Part shown: piece after piece, positions 36,845-47,124 of the stretch | Position numbering within the stretch: position 1 is the stretch's first letter | How the letters are laid out: each line of letters begins with the position of its first letter | DNA from: an uncultured Bacteroidia bacterium | GTDB lineage: Bacteria > Bacteroidota > Bacteroidia > NS11-12g > UBA9320 | Length of the DNA stretch: 64,000 nt | Assembly: GCA_943787465.1 (NCBI GenBank) | Contig: CALSMN010000002.1 | Location: forward strand, 1,727-65,726 | Direction: 5' to 3' | Notes under the pieces: generated by a model | Told to the model about the DNA's origin: nothing | What the model saw: only the letters and a program-made list of their open reading frames with translations | Databases searched by the model: none | Made by a program: the position numbers and the translations under genes

Positions 36845-39070
36845 ATGAACATATTTACACAAAAATTAAGTTATGGAGATGGCAAAGATGTCATTCTAGA
36901 AACTGGGAAATTGGCTAGACAAGCTCATGGAGCTGTTGTAGTTTCTCAAGGAAAATTAAAATTACTTGCAACCGTAGTTTCAAATAAAGATGCAAGAGAA
37001 GGAGTAGATTTCCTCCCATTATCAGTAGATTACCAAGAAAAATTTGCTGCTGGGGGAAGAATTCCTGGTGGATTTCTTCGCAGAGAAGGTCGCTTATCCA
37101 ACGCTGAAATTTTAGTTTGTAGAATAGTTGACCGAACGCTAAGACCTCTTTTCCCATCAGATTATCATGCAGAAACGCAGGTAATGATTCAGCTTATATC
37201 TGCAGATCCAGAGATAATGCCAGATGCTTTAGTCGGTTTAGCAGCTTCAGCTGCGCTAACTCTAACAGATATTCCATTTGAGGGCCCTGTGTCAGTTTTA
37301 CGTGTAGGTAGGATCAATGGGGATTGGGTTATAAATCCACTTGCTCAGGAAATGGAAAATTCAGATGTAGATTTAATGGTGGCTGGAACAGCGGCTGATA
37401 TTAATATGGTTGAAGGAGAGATGAATGGCATATCTGAAAAAGAAATGGTTGAAGCTTTAAAGTTTGCTCATAACCATATTAAAAAAGATTGTGAAGCGCA
37501 ACTAGCATTTTGCAATCAGATGGGTGGACGAAAATCGTTTAGAGATTATCATCATGAAACTAATTCTGACGAACTAAAAAGTCAAGTGATGGATGCTACC
37601 TATCAGCAATACTACGACGCTGCAAAAACTCCTTCTGTAAAGGAAGAACGTTCAGAAAAATTCAAAGCTATAGATGATGCCTATATCAATTCACTTCCTG
37701 AGGATACAGATGATATGACAATGATCATGGTTAAACGATATTTAGCTAAGTCCAAAAAAGAAGCAGTTCGTAATATGATGCTTGATCTTAAACAGCGTCT
37801 AGATGGAAGAGCCTTAAATGAGGTAAGACAAATTTGGACAGAAGTGGATTATCTCCCATCTGTTCATGGTTCAGCCTTATTTACTAGAGGTGAAACTCAG
37901 TCATTGACATCTGTAACACTTGGTTCTAAATTGGATCAACAAATGATTGATAATTACCAAGAAAAGAGTTTCAGTAAATTTATGCTACATTATAATTTCC
38001 CCTCCTTTTCTGTAGGAGAGGCAAGACCCAACAGAGGTCCTGGAAGAAGGGAAATTGGACATGGAAATTTAGCCGAAAGAGGGTTAAAAAGAATGATCCC
38101 TGATGATTTTCCATATACATTAAGAATAGTGTCTGACATCCTAGAAAGTAACGGAAGTAGTTCTATGGCTACAGTATGTGCTGGAAGCATGGCGATGATG
38201 GATGCGGGAATTCAAGTAAAATCAGGTGTATCCGGAATTGCAATGGGGATGGTAGCTGATAGTAAAGGTAGGTATGCAATATTATCTGACATACTCGGTG
38301 ATGAGGATCATTTGGGAGATATGGACTTTAAAGTTGTTGGCAACGAAAAAGGAATCTATGCATGTCAAATGGATATGAAAGTAGATGGTCTTTCATACGA
38401 TGTATTAGAAGAGGCTCTATTGCAAGCCAGAGAAGGACGAATGCACATTCTTCATGAAATGGAGAAAACGATTTCTAGTCCTAATGCTGGTTATAAAGAT
38501 CATGCTCCACAAATAGAAATGATGACTATACCCAAAGATAAAATTGGTGCTGTAATCGGATCTGGAGGAAAAGTGATACAAGAAATCCAACAAAAAACAG
38601 AAGCCATTGTTACCATAGAAGAAGAAGGTGACTTTGGAATTGTAGAAATTAGTGGTGTTGGAAGTGGGCCTATCGAAGCGGCAAAGGAATGGATTCTAGG
38701 TATTATTACAGATCCTGAAGTGGGAACAGAATATGTAGGTAAAATAAAATCAGTTGTTGATTTTGGAGCTTTTGTAGAAATACTGCCAGGCAAAGAAGGA
38801 TTGCTTCATATTTCAGAAATAAGCTGGGAAAGAATAGAAACCATGGAAGGTGTGTTTGAAGAAGGTGAAGAGGTAAAAGTGAAACTTATTGAATTTGATG
38901 AGCGCAACGGAAAACTCCGACTTTCTCGAAAAGTACTACTTGAAAAACCAGAAGGCTATATTGAGCGTCCACCAAGAGAGCGAAAAGATAGTAATAGAAA
39001 TAATAATGATAGACGTGGCGGTAGAGATAACCGACATAGAGATAATCGAGGTAGAAATAATCGAGATTAA
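36845..39070 (+). CDS. pnp: Polyribonucleotide nucleotidyltransferase (PNPase) with an R/N/D-rich C-terminal tail
   Basis: This is a 741-aa ORF with two RNase PH domains, a KH domain (GAVIGSGGKVIQEI) and an S1 domain (GKIKSVVDFGAFVEI). The tail is RERKDSNRNNNDRRGGRDNRHRDNRGRNNRD. Confidence 0.95.
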   Translation: MNIFTQKLSYGDGKDVILETGKLARQAHGAVVVSQGKLKLLATVVSNKDAREGVDFLPLSVDYQEKFAAGGRIPGGFLRREGRLSNAEILVCRIVDRTLRPLFPSDYHAETQVMIQLISADPEIMPDALVGLAASAALTLTDIPFEGPVSVLRVGRINGDWVINPLAQEMENSDVDLMVAGTAADINMVEGEMNGISEKEMVEALKFAHNHIKKDCEAQLAFCNQMGGRKSFRDYHHETNSDELKSQVMDATYQQYYDAAKTPSVKEERSEKFKAIDDAYINSLPEDTDDMTMIMVKRYLAKSKKEAVRNMMLDLKQRLDGRALNEVRQIWTEVDYLPSVHGSALFTRGETQSLTSVTLGSKLDQQMIDNYQEKSFSKFMLHYNFPSFSVGEARPNRGPGRREIGHGNLAERGLKRMIPDDFPYTLRIVSDILESNGSSSMATVCAGSMAMMDAGIQVKSGVSGIAMGMVADSKGRYAILSDILGDEDHLGDMDFKVVGNEKGIYACQMDMKVDGLSYDVLEEALLQAREGRMHILHEMEKTISSPNAGYKDHAPQIEMMTIPKDKIGAVIGSGGKVIQEIQQKTEAIVTIEEEGDFGIVEISGVGSGPIEAAKEWILGIITDPEVGTEYVGKIKSVVDFGAFVEILPGKEGLLHISEISWERIETMEGVFEEGEEVKVKLIEFDERNGKLRLSRKVLLEKPEGYIERPPRERKDSNRNNNDRRGGRDNRHRDNRGRNNRD
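39023..39067 (+). repeat. 3 x 15-nt imperfect tandem repeat encoding the end of the PNPase tail
   Basis: The units are agagataaccgacat / agagataatcgaggt / agaaataatcgagat, encoding RDNRH/RDNRG/RNNRD, immediately before TAA 39068-39070. Confidence 0.8.
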
Positions 39071-39095
39071 TTCGTTTTTAAAAAGACGATATCAC

Positions 39096-39132
39096 AAAAA
39101 AAAGGTGAGCCTATAGGCTCACCTTTTTTTTT
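39096..39132 (+). terminator. Strong rho-independent terminator after pnp
   Basis: The stem ggtgagcc (39104-39111) / ggctcacc (39116-39123) has loop tata. It is flanked by A8 upstream and T9 downstream, so it is symmetric and potentially bidirectional. Confidence 0.9.
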
Positions 39133-39261
39133 ATTCTATACTATAAAAATAGAATAAATCGAGGGTAATCTATTCGTATATAAACGGTTATAATAAAAAA
39201 ATGGGAATTTAATTTAAGATTTAAATAATTGATAATCAATGAATTGAGTTGAATTGTGGAT

Positions 39262-39269
39262 TACTTTTG
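39262..39269 (+). promoter_or_regulatory. -7 promoter box TACTTTTG of the dcw (mraZ) operon
   Basis: It matches TAnnTTTG perfectly, 71 nt upstream of ATG 39341 and 6 nt upstream of the MraZ boxes. Confidence 0.45.
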
Positions 39270-39275
39270 TAAAAA

Positions 39276-39301
39276 AGTGGTAGATAGTGGGAGAAAGTGG
39301 G
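39276..39301 (+). promoter_or_regulatory. MraZ operator: three direct AGTGG(G/T) repeats at exact 10-nt spacing
   Basis: AGTGGTAGAT AGTGGGAGAA AGTGGG begin at 39276, 39286 and 39296, just upstream of mraZ. This matches the published MraZ site architecture of GTGGG-type direct repeats with 5-nt spacers. Confidence 0.7.
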
Positions 39302-39340
39302 AAAATTGGTTTTATTTTTACCGCTGTAATCAATTATTAG

Positions 39341-39814
39341 ATGTCAAAATCCCTATACATCGGAGAATACGCCGTAAAGCTAGATGATAAAGGTCGTGTG
39401 GTTTTGCCAGCAGGCTTAAAAAAGCAACTTCCTAAGGATGTGGTAGGTCGTTTAGTCATTAATAGAGGGTTTGAAAAATGCCTTACACTTTATACCCGCA
39501 GAGATTGGGATCTGGAATTGGGGAACCTTAGTACGTTGAATCATTTCAATAAAAAGCATCGAATGTTTATTCGGCAATTTAGTAACGGAGCAACTGAGGT
39601 GAATCTAGATAATGCTTCTCGATTGTTAATACCAAAAAAATTATGTGAGTATGCAGGTATTCAAAATGAAGCAGTTTTTTATGCTTATGGAAATCGAATA
39701 GAGATCTGGAGTAAACAGTTATATGATGAAATGATGGAGGTGGATTCAGATGATTTTGCTGATTTAGCGGAAGATGTTATGGGGAATATTCAACAAGGAG
39801 GTACGGATGAGTGA
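39341..39814 (+). CDS. mraZ: Transcriptional regulator MraZ
   Basis: This is a 157-aa ORF with two SpoVT/AbrB-like halves (KLDDKGRVVLP and NLDNASRLLIP). Confidence 0.93.
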   Translation: MSKSLYIGEYAVKLDDKGRVVLPAGLKKQLPKDVVGRLVINRGFEKCLTLYTRRDWDLELGNLSTLNHFNKKHRMFIRQFSNGATEVNLDNASRLLIPKKLCEYAGIQNEAVFYAYGNRIEIWSKQLYDEMMEVDSDDFADLAEDVMGNIQQGGTDE

Positions 39815-40712
39815 TTATCATATTCCTGTTATGTTGTCGGATTGTATAGATGGTTTGAGTATCAAGCCAGACGGCATATATGTTGATGTAACATATGGTG
39901 GGGGTGGACATTCAAAAGCTATTTTAAGTCATTTAAGCGATCAGGGAACTCTCCTTGTATTTGATCAAGACAAAGATGCTTTAAAAAATAAAATAGAAGA
40001 TGTTCGATTAATTTTTTGTGAGGCCAATTTTGAGTACCTCGAAAATTTTTGCTTATACCATGGCATTGATCATATTGACGGTTTAATTGCTGATTTGGGG
40101 CTAAGCTCTCATCATATTGATGATAAAGATCGTGGTTTTTCATTCCGGTTTGAGGGCTCTAAATTGGATATGCGTATGAATATAGAATCTGATTTATCAG
40201 CTTTTGATATTTTAAATACCTATGATCAACCTAGTCTAGCTAAGTTGTTTAGGGTTTATGGTGACTTAGATAAAGCTTCACCTATGGCTAATGCAATATT
40301 GAATTTCAGAGCTGTTAAATCAATAGAAACAAATTCTGATTTGATTGTTGCTGTTTCTAAATTTTATAATGAATCAACCAAACATAAAACGTTAGCAAAG
40401 CTATATCAGGCTTTACGTATAGAGGTAAATCAAGAGGTTTCAACCCTTCATGCTTTATTGGATCAAGCTACTCGTTTGCTTAAGTCTAAAGGTAGATTGG
40501 TGGTTATGTCCTATCACTCTATTGAAGATAAAATCATAAAAAATTTTATCCAATATGGAAACGTAGCAGGTGAACAGCATAAGGATGTATTCGGGAATAT
40601 ATCTAAAACATACAAGGCTATCAATAAAAAGCCCATTACGGCAAATGATATTGAAATTAAGAAAAATTCAAGAGCTAGAAGTGCAAAACTTCGAATAGCA
40701 GAAAAAATTTAA
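39807..40712 (+). CDS. rsmH: 16S rRNA (cytosine1402-N4)-methyltransferase RsmH
   Basis: The ORF is trimmed to MSDYHIPVML. YVDVTYGGGGHS, DLGLSSHH and SYHSIEDK are present. It overlaps the mraZ stop by 8 nt. Confidence 0.92.
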   Translation: MSDYHIPVMLSDCIDGLSIKPDGIYVDVTYGGGGHSKAILSHLSDQGTLLVFDQDKDALKNKIEDVRLIFCEANFEYLENFCLYHGIDHIDGLIADLGLSSHHIDDKDRGFSFRFEGSKLDMRMNIESDLSAFDILNTYDQPSLAKLFRVYGDLDKASPMANAILNFRAVKSIETNSDLIVAVSKFYNESTKHKTLAKLYQALRIEVNQEVSTLHALLDQATRLLKSKGRLVVMSYHSIEDKIIKNFIQYGNVAGEQHKDVFGNISKTYKAINKKPITANDIEIKKNSRARSAKLRIAEKI

Positions 40713-41020
40713 TGAAAAAAGTAAATAAAACCAATACCGCTCAAGACTTTAAGCTATCGCCAGAGTGGGGTTTTTATCTCTTTTTTCTTTTCTGCCTAGC
40801 TTTAGTATATATCTACCTTTCACATAGGACAGATAACATCGTCCGCGATATAGAAACATCAAAACAAAATCTGATAGAATTAAGGGCCGAGAATGTAACA
40901 TTAAAATCGGATGTTATGCGATATAGACTTCGTCAAAATTTAGAGGAGCGATTAGAGGATAAAGGTATTAAAGAACCGAATAAACCTGTAACTATTATTA
41001 AGTCAAACAATGGCGAATAA
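40712..41020 (+). CDS. ftsL: FtsL-like cell division protein
   Basis: This is a 102-aa ORF with a single TM helix followed by a coiled coil. Its position between rsmH and ftsI supports the call. Confidence 0.6.
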   Translation: MKKVNKTNTAQDFKLSPEWGFYLFFLFCLALVYIYLSHRTDNIVRDIETSKQNLIELRAENVTLKSDVMRYRLRQNLEERLEDKGIKEPNKPVTIIKSNNGE

Positions 41021-43076
41021 CATTAAAAAAGGAATAACGTGGCGAGTTGTTTTTGGGATGGGAATTATGCTTTTATTGTCAATATGGGTGTCCGTTCAAA
41101 TGTTTAGGATTCAGCTTAATGAAGGAGAAAAATGGTTAGCCATGTCTGACAGTGCTATGATTCGTTATCAAGATATTAGTCCAGCTCGTGGAAATATATA
41201 TTCAGATAATGGTAGCTTGCTTTCAACATCAATGCCCATTTATGAAATACGATGGGATGCATCTGTGGTGAATGATGATACTTTCCAATATTATGTGGAT
41301 CAATTGTCTCAGCAATTGCATGATCTATTTCCAGATCAATCATTATCTTATTTTAAATCTAAATTAATTACGGGTAAAAAAACCAATAGTAAGTATGTTC
41401 TTATTCGAAGAAAGGTGAATTATCCTGATCAAAAGAAGATGCAGGATTTTCCGATTTTCAATAAAGGTAAATATGGGGGCGGTTTTTTAGCGGAACTAAC
41501 TACTAAGCGGGTAAAACCCGCAGGGAATTTAGCCTTTAGAACAATTGGATATTGTACTGAAGATAATCCAGGTGTGGGATTAGAAAGAAGCTATAATGAG
41601 GACTTGTCTGGTGTTTACGGAAAGCGATTGGTTCAGAAAATTTCAGGGGGTTATAGGCCTATAAATGATAATAATCTTGTAGATCCTCAAAATGGTAGAG
41701 ATGTACATACTACCATAAATATTGATTTCCAAGAAATAGCTCAACGATCTTTAGAGAAGGCGCTCCATAAGCATAATGCTGACCATGGATGTGTGCTTGT
41801 TATGGAGGTGAGTACAGGTCACATTAAGGCAATCTCTAACTTATCAAGAAGAAAAGAGGGTGTGTATGCTGAACACTATAATTATTGTGTAGGAGAGAGT
41901 TATGAGCCAGGAAGTGTATGGAAAGTATTTACGGCCATGGCTGCACTAGAAGATAAGTTAGTCGATGTTGATGATGTCATAGATATTTATAATGGGGAAC
42001 GAGATTATTATGGCAAGAAGATGAAAGATTCAGATAAAGGTAGATATGCTGAAATGAGTTTTAAACAAGCATTTGCTCGCTCCAGTAATGTTGCATTTTC
42101 TTCAATCATTTTTGACAATTACGCAAATAATCCTAGTAAATATATTTCATTTTTACGAAAATTAAATTTAGATAAACCTACAGGTGTTGAGATTTTAGGT
42201 GAACCTGTGCCATTTTTGAATCATCCTTCAAGTAACAGTTGGTCGCAACTAACATTACCCTGGTTGGCTATTGGATATGAAAATCAGCATACACCACTTC
42301 AACTGCTTACGGCGTATAATGGAATAATTAATGATGGGGTAATGGTAAGCCCTCAATTGGTTACTAAGGTTACGGATGCAGGAATTATAATTAAAACTAT
42401 AGATAATTCAAAAAATATTGTTCAAGTATGTTCTAAGGAAACTTCTGATAAAATTAAAGAAATTACCGCTGAGGTTTTTCTTACAGGCTCTGCACGTGGA
42501 GTAAGTAGTGATATAGTCCCAATGGCTGGGAAGACAGGTACTGCACAAATTGCTTCATCTTCTGGTTATCAGAAAACTAGAATGTATAATGCCAGTTTTA
42601 TTGGTCATTTCCCAGCGAATAATCCAGTTTATAGCATATATGTGATGGTAAATAAGCCGTCTAATGGTGACTTTTATGCATCAAAAGTAGCAGCCCCCGT
42701 TTTTGCTGAAGTAGCAGAAAATATTTTCACAATTAGTGTTAAAAAAGAATTAGATAAATCCAATAAGCACATTCCCCAATACCATGCGGGGTATTACAAG
42801 GATATGAAGTATATCGATTCCCTATTGGGTTCTACTCAAAATACGAAAGCTGAAATTGTAAGAAATAATTCGAAAACAGATTCATATAAATCTGTCCAGC
42901 TTAACCAAGAAAACATGCCGAATATTATTGACTTTGGTGCAAAAGATGCACTGTATGTTACAGAAATTTTAGGTCTTAAACCACAGTTGAAAGGTCATGG
43001 AAGAGTGATAAGTCAAAGCCCGCTGCCAGGAGAAAAAATAAAGAAAAATCAACCTGTATATATTCAATTAAATTGA
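41010..43076 (+). CDS. ftsI: Penicillin-binding protein (FtsI/PBP3-type transpeptidase) with C-terminal PASTA-like domain
   Basis: This is a 688-aa ORF with an N-terminal TM helix. The motifs are SxxK as EPGSVWK, SSN in RSSNVAF, and KTGT in GKTGTAQ. Confidence 0.9.
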   Translation: MANNIKKGITWRVVFGMGIMLLLSIWVSVQMFRIQLNEGEKWLAMSDSAMIRYQDISPARGNIYSDNGSLLSTSMPIYEIRWDASVVNDDTFQYYVDQLSQQLHDLFPDQSLSYFKSKLITGKKTNSKYVLIRRKVNYPDQKKMQDFPIFNKGKYGGGFLAELTTKRVKPAGNLAFRTIGYCTEDNPGVGLERSYNEDLSGVYGKRLVQKISGGYRPINDNNLVDPQNGRDVHTTINIDFQEIAQRSLEKALHKHNADHGCVLVMEVSTGHIKAISNLSRRKEGVYAEHYNYCVGESYEPGSVWKVFTAMAALEDKLVDVDDVIDIYNGERDYYGKKMKDSDKGRYAEMSFKQAFARSSNVAFSSIIFDNYANNPSKYISFLRKLNLDKPTGVEILGEPVPFLNHPSSNSWSQLTLPWLAIGYENQHTPLQLLTAYNGIINDGVMVSPQLVTKVTDAGIIIKTIDNSKNIVQVCSKETSDKIKEITAEVFLTGSARGVSSDIVPMAGKTGTAQIASSSGYQKTRMYNASFIGHFPANNPVYSIYVMVNKPSNGDFYASKVAAPVFAEVAENIFTISVKKELDKSNKHIPQYHAGYYKDMKYIDSLLGSTQNTKAEIVRNNSKTDSYKSVQLNQENMPNIIDFGAKDALYVTEILGLKPQLKGHGRVISQSPLPGEKIKKNQPVYIQLN

Positions 43077-44527
43077 AAAATCTAGCATCAATAATAACTG
43101 CAATTCAACCTAAGACGATTTATGGTTCCTTGGATAAGGATATTAAAGGATTGGCTTTGGATTCTCGTTTAATTCAACAAGATTTCATATTTGCAGCGAC
43201 TACTGGCTCTATAACAAATGGACATTTATATATTGATAATGCAATAAGTCTAGGTGCTACGGTTGTATTATGCGAATTTGTAGAATCTCCTCAATCTAAT
43301 ATTACCTATCTTGTGGTTGACAATTCAGCCAAATCCTTAGGTCATCTAGCCTCAGCATTTTATGATAACCCCAGTTCAAAACTTCAATTAGTAGGGGTTA
43401 CAGGTACCAATGGAAAAACGTCTGTAGCATCCATGCTTTATGCATGTTTTATGAATTTAAATCATGCTTGTGGATTGCTTTCTACTATAAAATATAGTAT
43501 AAATGGAACGGATACATCAAGTACACACACAACCCCAAATAGTATCCGAATAAATGAACTGCTGGCAGAAATGGTTAATGAAGGTTGTAGTCATGTTTTC
43601 ATGGAGGTTAGCTCTCATGCTTTGCATCAATATAGGACTGCAGGGCTACAATTTGATGGAGCTATTTTCACTAATATAACTCATGACCATCTTGATTATC
43701 ATACTGATTTTAAAGATTATCTGTATACCAAAAAAAGCTTATTTGATGGATTAAGCGATCAAGCTTTTGCTTTAGTAAATAAAGACGATAAAAATGGTAG
43801 GGTGATGATTCAGAATTCAAAAGCTACATCGTACACCTACGGTTTAAAATCAGTCTGTGATTTTAAAGCTAAAATTATGGAACATGATTTTGATGGTATG
43901 CTTTTGAACATTCGTGATACAGAGGTTTGGCTTCGATTAGTAGGAGAATTTAATGCGTACAACCTTTTAGCTGTTTATAGTGCTGGATTTCTATTGGGAG
44001 AGGAGCACTTGAATATTGTTAAAGCATTGAGTAAGATTAATAATGTAGATGGTCGTTTTCATACATTCAAAGAATCGGGAATTAAAGCCATCGTAGATTA
44101 TGCACACACACCAGACGCCTTACAAAATGTGTTAGAAACCATCAATGCAATACGAACCCAAAATGAAGAATTAATTACTGTTATTGGTTGTGGTGGAGAT
44201 AGGGATACGGCAAAGCGTCCAATAATGGCAAAAATTGCTTGTGAATTATCCTCTCGTGTAATCTTGACTTCTGATAATCCGCGATCTGAAAATCCTGATC
44301 AAATATTGATAGATATGATGAAAGGGGTAGAGCCGATCTATTATAAAAAAGTATTGAAGATAGCAGATCGCGAAGAAGCTATAAAAACAGCTATCAACTT
44401 CAGTAATAATGGAGATATCATATTAGTTGCAGGTAAAGGTCATGAAACCTATCAGGAAATTAATGGTGTCCGATATCCTTTTGATGATAAGGAAATAATA
44501 ACTAAAAACTTAAAATTATTAAAATAG
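43073..44527 (+). CDS. murE: UDP-N-acetylmuramoyl-L-alanyl-D-glutamate--2,6-diaminopimelate ligase
   Basis: This is a 484-aa ORF with a TTG start. [10 protein letters not shown] is present, and DNPR in LTSDNPRSE is the meso-DAP specificity motif. Confidence 0.92.
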   Translation: MKNLASIITAIQPKTIYGSLDKDIKGLALDSRLIQQDFIFAATTGSITNGHLYIDNAISLGATVVLCEFVESPQSNITYLVVDNSAKSLGHLASAFYDNPSSKLQLVGVTGTNGKTSVASMLYACFMNLNHACGLLSTIKYSINGTDTSSTHTTPNSIRINELLAEMVNEGCSHVFMEVSSHALHQYRTAGLQFDGAIFTNITHDHLDYHTDFKDYLYTKKSLFDGLSDQAFALVNKDDKNGRVMIQNSKATSYTYGLKSVCDFKAKIMEHDFDGMLLNIRDTEVWLRLVGEFNAYNLLAVYSAGFLLGEEHLNIVKALSKINNVDGRFHTFKESGIKAIVDYAHTPDALQNVLETINAIRTQNEELITVIGCGGDRDTAKRPIMAKIACELSSRVILTSDNPRSENPDQILIDMMKGVEPIYYKKVLKIADREEAIKTAINFSNNGDIILVAGKGHETYQEINGVRYPFDDKEIITKNLKLLK

Positions 44528-44529
44528 TA

Positions 44530-45780
44530 ATGTTTTATCACTTATTCCAATATTTAGAAGAAACATATCAATTCCCTGGAGCAGGTGTATTTCAATATAT
44601 CTCTTTTAGGGCTTCTTTAGCAGTGATATTGTCGCTAGTAATCTCACTTTTATTTGGTAAAAGATTAATAGAAAAGTTACAGGATATGCAGGCTGCTGAG
44701 ACTATTAGGACACTTGGGCTAGCGGGAGAAGAAGCAAAAAGAGGAACTCCAACCATGGGGGGATTAATCATTCTAGCAGCTATTCTGGTTCCAACATTAC
44801 TTTTTGCCAAATTGGATAACGTTTACATCCTTTTAATGATTTTTAGTACAATTTGGCTTGGTCTAATTGGTTTCTTAGATGATTATATAAAAATATTTAA
44901 GAAAGATAAAGCCGGTTTAGCAGGTAGATTTAAAATAGTGGGTCAGGTTGGATTAGGAATAATTGTAGCGATAGTTCTCCATTTTAATGATAGTGTGGTT
45001 GTCAGAGAGCAGTACAAGATAGGAACCGTTCAGGAGGCTCCATCAAATACAGATGTGCAAAATATCAATGGTCAACTCATGTACTTTAAAGATGTGAAAA
45101 GTGCAACAACAACCCTTCCATTTGTAAAAAAGCATGAAGTAGATTATTCTAAATTTCTATTTTGGATGGATTCGAAACAGGCCAATAAATGGTCTTGGGT
45201 TGTATTTATGTTAGTTGCTGTTTTTGTGATTACAGCTGTTAGTAATGGGGCCAATCTTACCGATGGTATTGATGGTTTAGCAGCCGGTAGCTCAGCAATT
45301 ATAGGCATTACGTTAGCTGTTTTGGCTTTCATTAGTGGGAACCTCATTTTTTCAGATTATTTAAATATTATGTTTATTCCCAATCAAGGAGAACTTGTAA
45401 TATTTGCATCAGCATTTACTGGGGCCTGTATAGGTTTTCTATGGTATAATAGTTTTCCCGCTCAGGTTTTTATGGGCGATACAGGAAGCCTTGCTTTGGG
45501 TGGAATTATTGCAGTATTAGCCCTAATGATTCGGAAGGAATTGGTATTGCCAATTCTATGTGGAATCTTTCTAGTAGAAAACTTAAGTGTAATGCTTCAA
45601 GTAAGCTATTTCAAGTACACTAAGAAAAAATTTGGTGAAGGTAGACGGATATTTAAAATGTCGCCGCTTCATCATCATTATCAAAAACTGGGATATGCCG
45701 AGCCCAAAATTGTAACTCGGTTTTGGATTGTGGGAATTATGCTCGCTATTTTTACTATTATCACGTTTAAGCTTCGATAA
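44530..45780 (+). CDS. mraY: Phospho-N-acetylmuramoyl-pentapeptide transferase
   Basis: This is a 416-aa polytopic membrane [30 protein letters not shown] and PLHHH are present. Confidence 0.95.
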   Translation: MFYHLFQYLEETYQFPGAGVFQYISFRASLAVILSLVISLLFGKRLIEKLQDMQAAETIRTLGLAGEEAKRGTPTMGGLIILAAILVPTLLFAKLDNVYILLMIFSTIWLGLIGFLDDYIKIFKKDKAGLAGRFKIVGQVGLGIIVAIVLHFNDSVVVREQYKIGTVQEAPSNTDVQNINGQLMYFKDVKSATTTLPFVKKHEVDYSKFLFWMDSKQANKWSWVVFMLVAVFVITAVSNGANLTDGIDGLAAGSSAIIGITLAVLAFISGNLIFSDYLNIMFIPNQGELVIFASAFTGACIGFLWYNSFPAQVFMGDTGSLALGGIIAVLALMIRKELVLPILCGIFLVENLSVMLQVSYFKYTKKKFGEGRRIFKMSPLHHHYQKLGYAEPKIVTRFWIVGIMLAIFTIITFKLR

Positions 45781-47124
45781 TTGAAATCACGTATATCCAT
45801 ATTAGGTGCAGGTGAAAGTGGTGTTGGTTCTGCTATTTTGGCACAGAAGCAAGGATTTGATGTTTGGGTATCAGATGTAGGATTAATTGCTCAAAAATAT
45901 AAATCAGAATTGGAAGCGAACGAGATTCCTTATGAGGAAAATGGACATCAAAAGACCAAAATTCTCGATGCTATAAAAATTATAAAAAGTCCTGGGATAC
46001 CTGATAATGCACCCATCGTACAAGCCGCAAATTCATTGGGTATCCCTGTATTATCTGAAATTGAATTTGCTGCTAATTATACCCATGCCATCCTGATAGG
46101 AATTACCGGTACGAATGGAAAAACAACGACTACACTACTTACCCATTCTATTTTAAAAAATGCAGGGTTATCAGTCGGTTTGGCAGGGAATGTAGGGCGA
46201 AGTTTTGCCAAACAGGTAGCTACAGAAGATTATGATTTTTATGTACTTGAACTTAGTAGTTTTCAATTAGATGGAATGTATAATGTGGCTTTGGATTATG
46301 CGGTATTACTAAATATTACTCCCGATCATTTAGATAGGTATGATTCGTACCAGGATTATATCAATTCCAAGTTTCGTATCAATAAAAATCAAAAAAAACA
46401 TCAGAAGTTCATCTATTGTGCAGATGATGAAGAAATAATAAAACAATTACAAAATCATACTACCTCAGCTGATTTAATGCCATTTACTTATGATAATGGT
46501 CCATTAGAGCAAGGAGCTTGGGTAGAAAATAATCAAATAAAAATTCAATTAAATCATCCAAAAATAAAATTCAATATGTCGTTAGATCAATTAACCATTT
46601 CAGGAAGACACAATACGTATAATTCCATGGCAGCCTCCATAATAGCCAATTCGTTACTCATCAGGAAAGAGTCTATCCGAGAAAGTTTATTAGACTTTAA
46701 AAATGTAGAACACCGTTTGGAGTATGTTGCTAAAGTAAAAGGGATTAGTTTTATTAATGATAGTAAAGCGACAAATGTGAATGCGGCCTGGTATGCGCTG
46801 GAAAGTGTAGAATCTCCAATTATTTGGATTGCAGGTGGAGTAGATAAGGGTAACGACTATGAATCGTTAAGCCCATTGATTAAGAAAAAAGTAAGAATTA
46901 TCGTATGTCTAGGTAAAAATAATTTAAACCTCCACAAAGCTTTTCGCAAGGATGTAGATATGATGATTAATGCAAGTTCTGCTGAAGAGGCAGTTAATAT
47001 TGCGTATGGTCTTGGTGAAAAAGGGGAAACAGTTTTGTTATCTCCAGCTTGTGCTAGCTTTGATTTATTTGAAAATTATGAGGATAGAGGTAATCAATTT
47101 AAAAGAGCTGTTCGGAATTTGTGA
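45781..47124 (+). CDS. murD: UDP-N-acetylmuramoylalanine--D-glutamate ligase
   Basis: This is a 447-aa ORF with a TTG start. GITGTNGKTTT and the Mur ligase middle and C-terminal domains are present. Its position in the dcw cluster supports the call. Confidence 0.92.
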   Translation: MKSRISILGAGESGVGSAILAQKQGFDVWVSDVGLIAQKYKSELEANEIPYEENGHQKTKILDAIKIIKSPGIPDNAPIVQAANSLGIPVLSEIEFAANYTHAILIGITGTNGKTTTTLLTHSILKNAGLSVGLAGNVGRSFAKQVATEDYDFYVLELSSFQLDGMYNVALDYAVLLNITPDHLDRYDSYQDYINSKFRINKNQKKHQKFIYCADDEEIIKQLQNHTTSADLMPFTYDNGPLEQGAWVENNQIKIQLNHPKIKFNMSLDQLTISGRHNTYNSMAASIIANSLLIRKESIRESLLDFKNVEHRLEYVAKVKGISFINDSKATNVNAAWYALESVESPIIWIAGGVDKGNDYESLSPLIKKKVRIIVCLGKNNLNLHKAFRKDVDMMINASSAEEAVNIAYGLGEKGETVLLSPACASFDLFENYEDRGNQFKRAVRNL

